Shown piece by piece: positions 63,640 through 64,000 of a stretch of 64,000 bases of DNA (positions are counted from its first letter, which is position 1; every line of letters begins with the position of its first letter). The stretch is from Paraspadella gotoi (lineage: Eukaryota; Animalia; Chaetognatha), in assembly GCA_051294375.1 (NCBI GenBank), contig CM119271.1, positions 10,345,427-10,409,426 on the forward strand, written 5' to 3'. The position numbers and the translations under genes were made by a program. Below the pieces are notes generated by a model. That model saw only the letters and a program-made list of their open reading frames with translations, did not search any database and was not told the origin of the DNA.

Positions 63640-64000
63640 CAAAATTTGAGTAAATTCACGCAACGACTAATTGATTGATACTAAAAATAATCCTTGAAAA
63701 TTCCAGTGCAACTACGTCTCCCTCCAAATCGGCAAGCGATGCACCAATCCCGCGCCAAAAGTAGAAAAGCAGCGCGGCGAGGGTTTCTGCTTTGATCACG
63801 CGCGCAAGGCTAAGTGGAGCCGTCGCGCTAGAAGTCGGACCAAGCGCTCGAACGAGGATGCGTCCGTCTCTATTCTCTCGCGTCTCAGCGATCGCTACCT
63901 CGGCGACTCCATCCTCCGCGGCTTCAAACCCGCCTCCAAATCCTCCGCCGCGCCCAACGAATTTCCCGCCGCCCCGCCCATTCCCAAGAACTGGGCCGGC
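63350..64000 (+). CDS. KANSL2: KAT8 regulatory NSL complex subunit 2, 5' part (runs off the window)
   Basis: Exon 63350-63577, GC-AG intron, exon from 63707. C.Y..R.C...[27 protein letters not shown]...GKRC.NPAPK.EK....FC.DH.RK. Confidence 0.9.

Noticed and set aside
42860-64000. Bacterial operon, contamination or horizontal transfer
   Set aside because: Most genes have spliceosomal introns and several are animal-type (FADD, LAMTOR2, ELAPOR, TIMM29).

Overview
Invertebrate animal (metazoan) genomic DNA from a draft assembly, split into two very different halves. Bases 1-42.8 kb are gene-poor and rich in N-gaps and microsatellites. On the minus strand they hold the 5' part of a T-type (Cav3) voltage-gated calcium channel gene; one recognisable exon ends in a U12-type ATATCCTT donor. 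This half also has two identical U2 snRNA genes with conserved promoter elements, a short dispersed repeat family, minimal hammerhead-ribozyme motifs and gap-filling duplications. Bases 42.86-64 kb hold 12 compact, functionally unrelated conserved genes, all on the + strand: NAT9, UBE2F, TIMM29, C8orf82, ELAPOR, LAMTOR2, LCMT2, FADD, EXD1, MPI, DMAC1 and KANSL2 (partial). Stop-to-start spacings run from -4 to 1131 bp, and splice acceptors sit at or near most start codons, which suggests an operon resolved by trans-splicing. Two pairs look bicistronic at the mature mRNA level: TIMM29-C8orf82 (23 nt apart) and DMAC1-KANSL2 (ATGA stop/start overlap). In each pair a tiny uORF precedes an intronless, AUG-poor first ORF. 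Gene identities come from recalled family motifs, not database searches. The species cannot be determined from the sequence.
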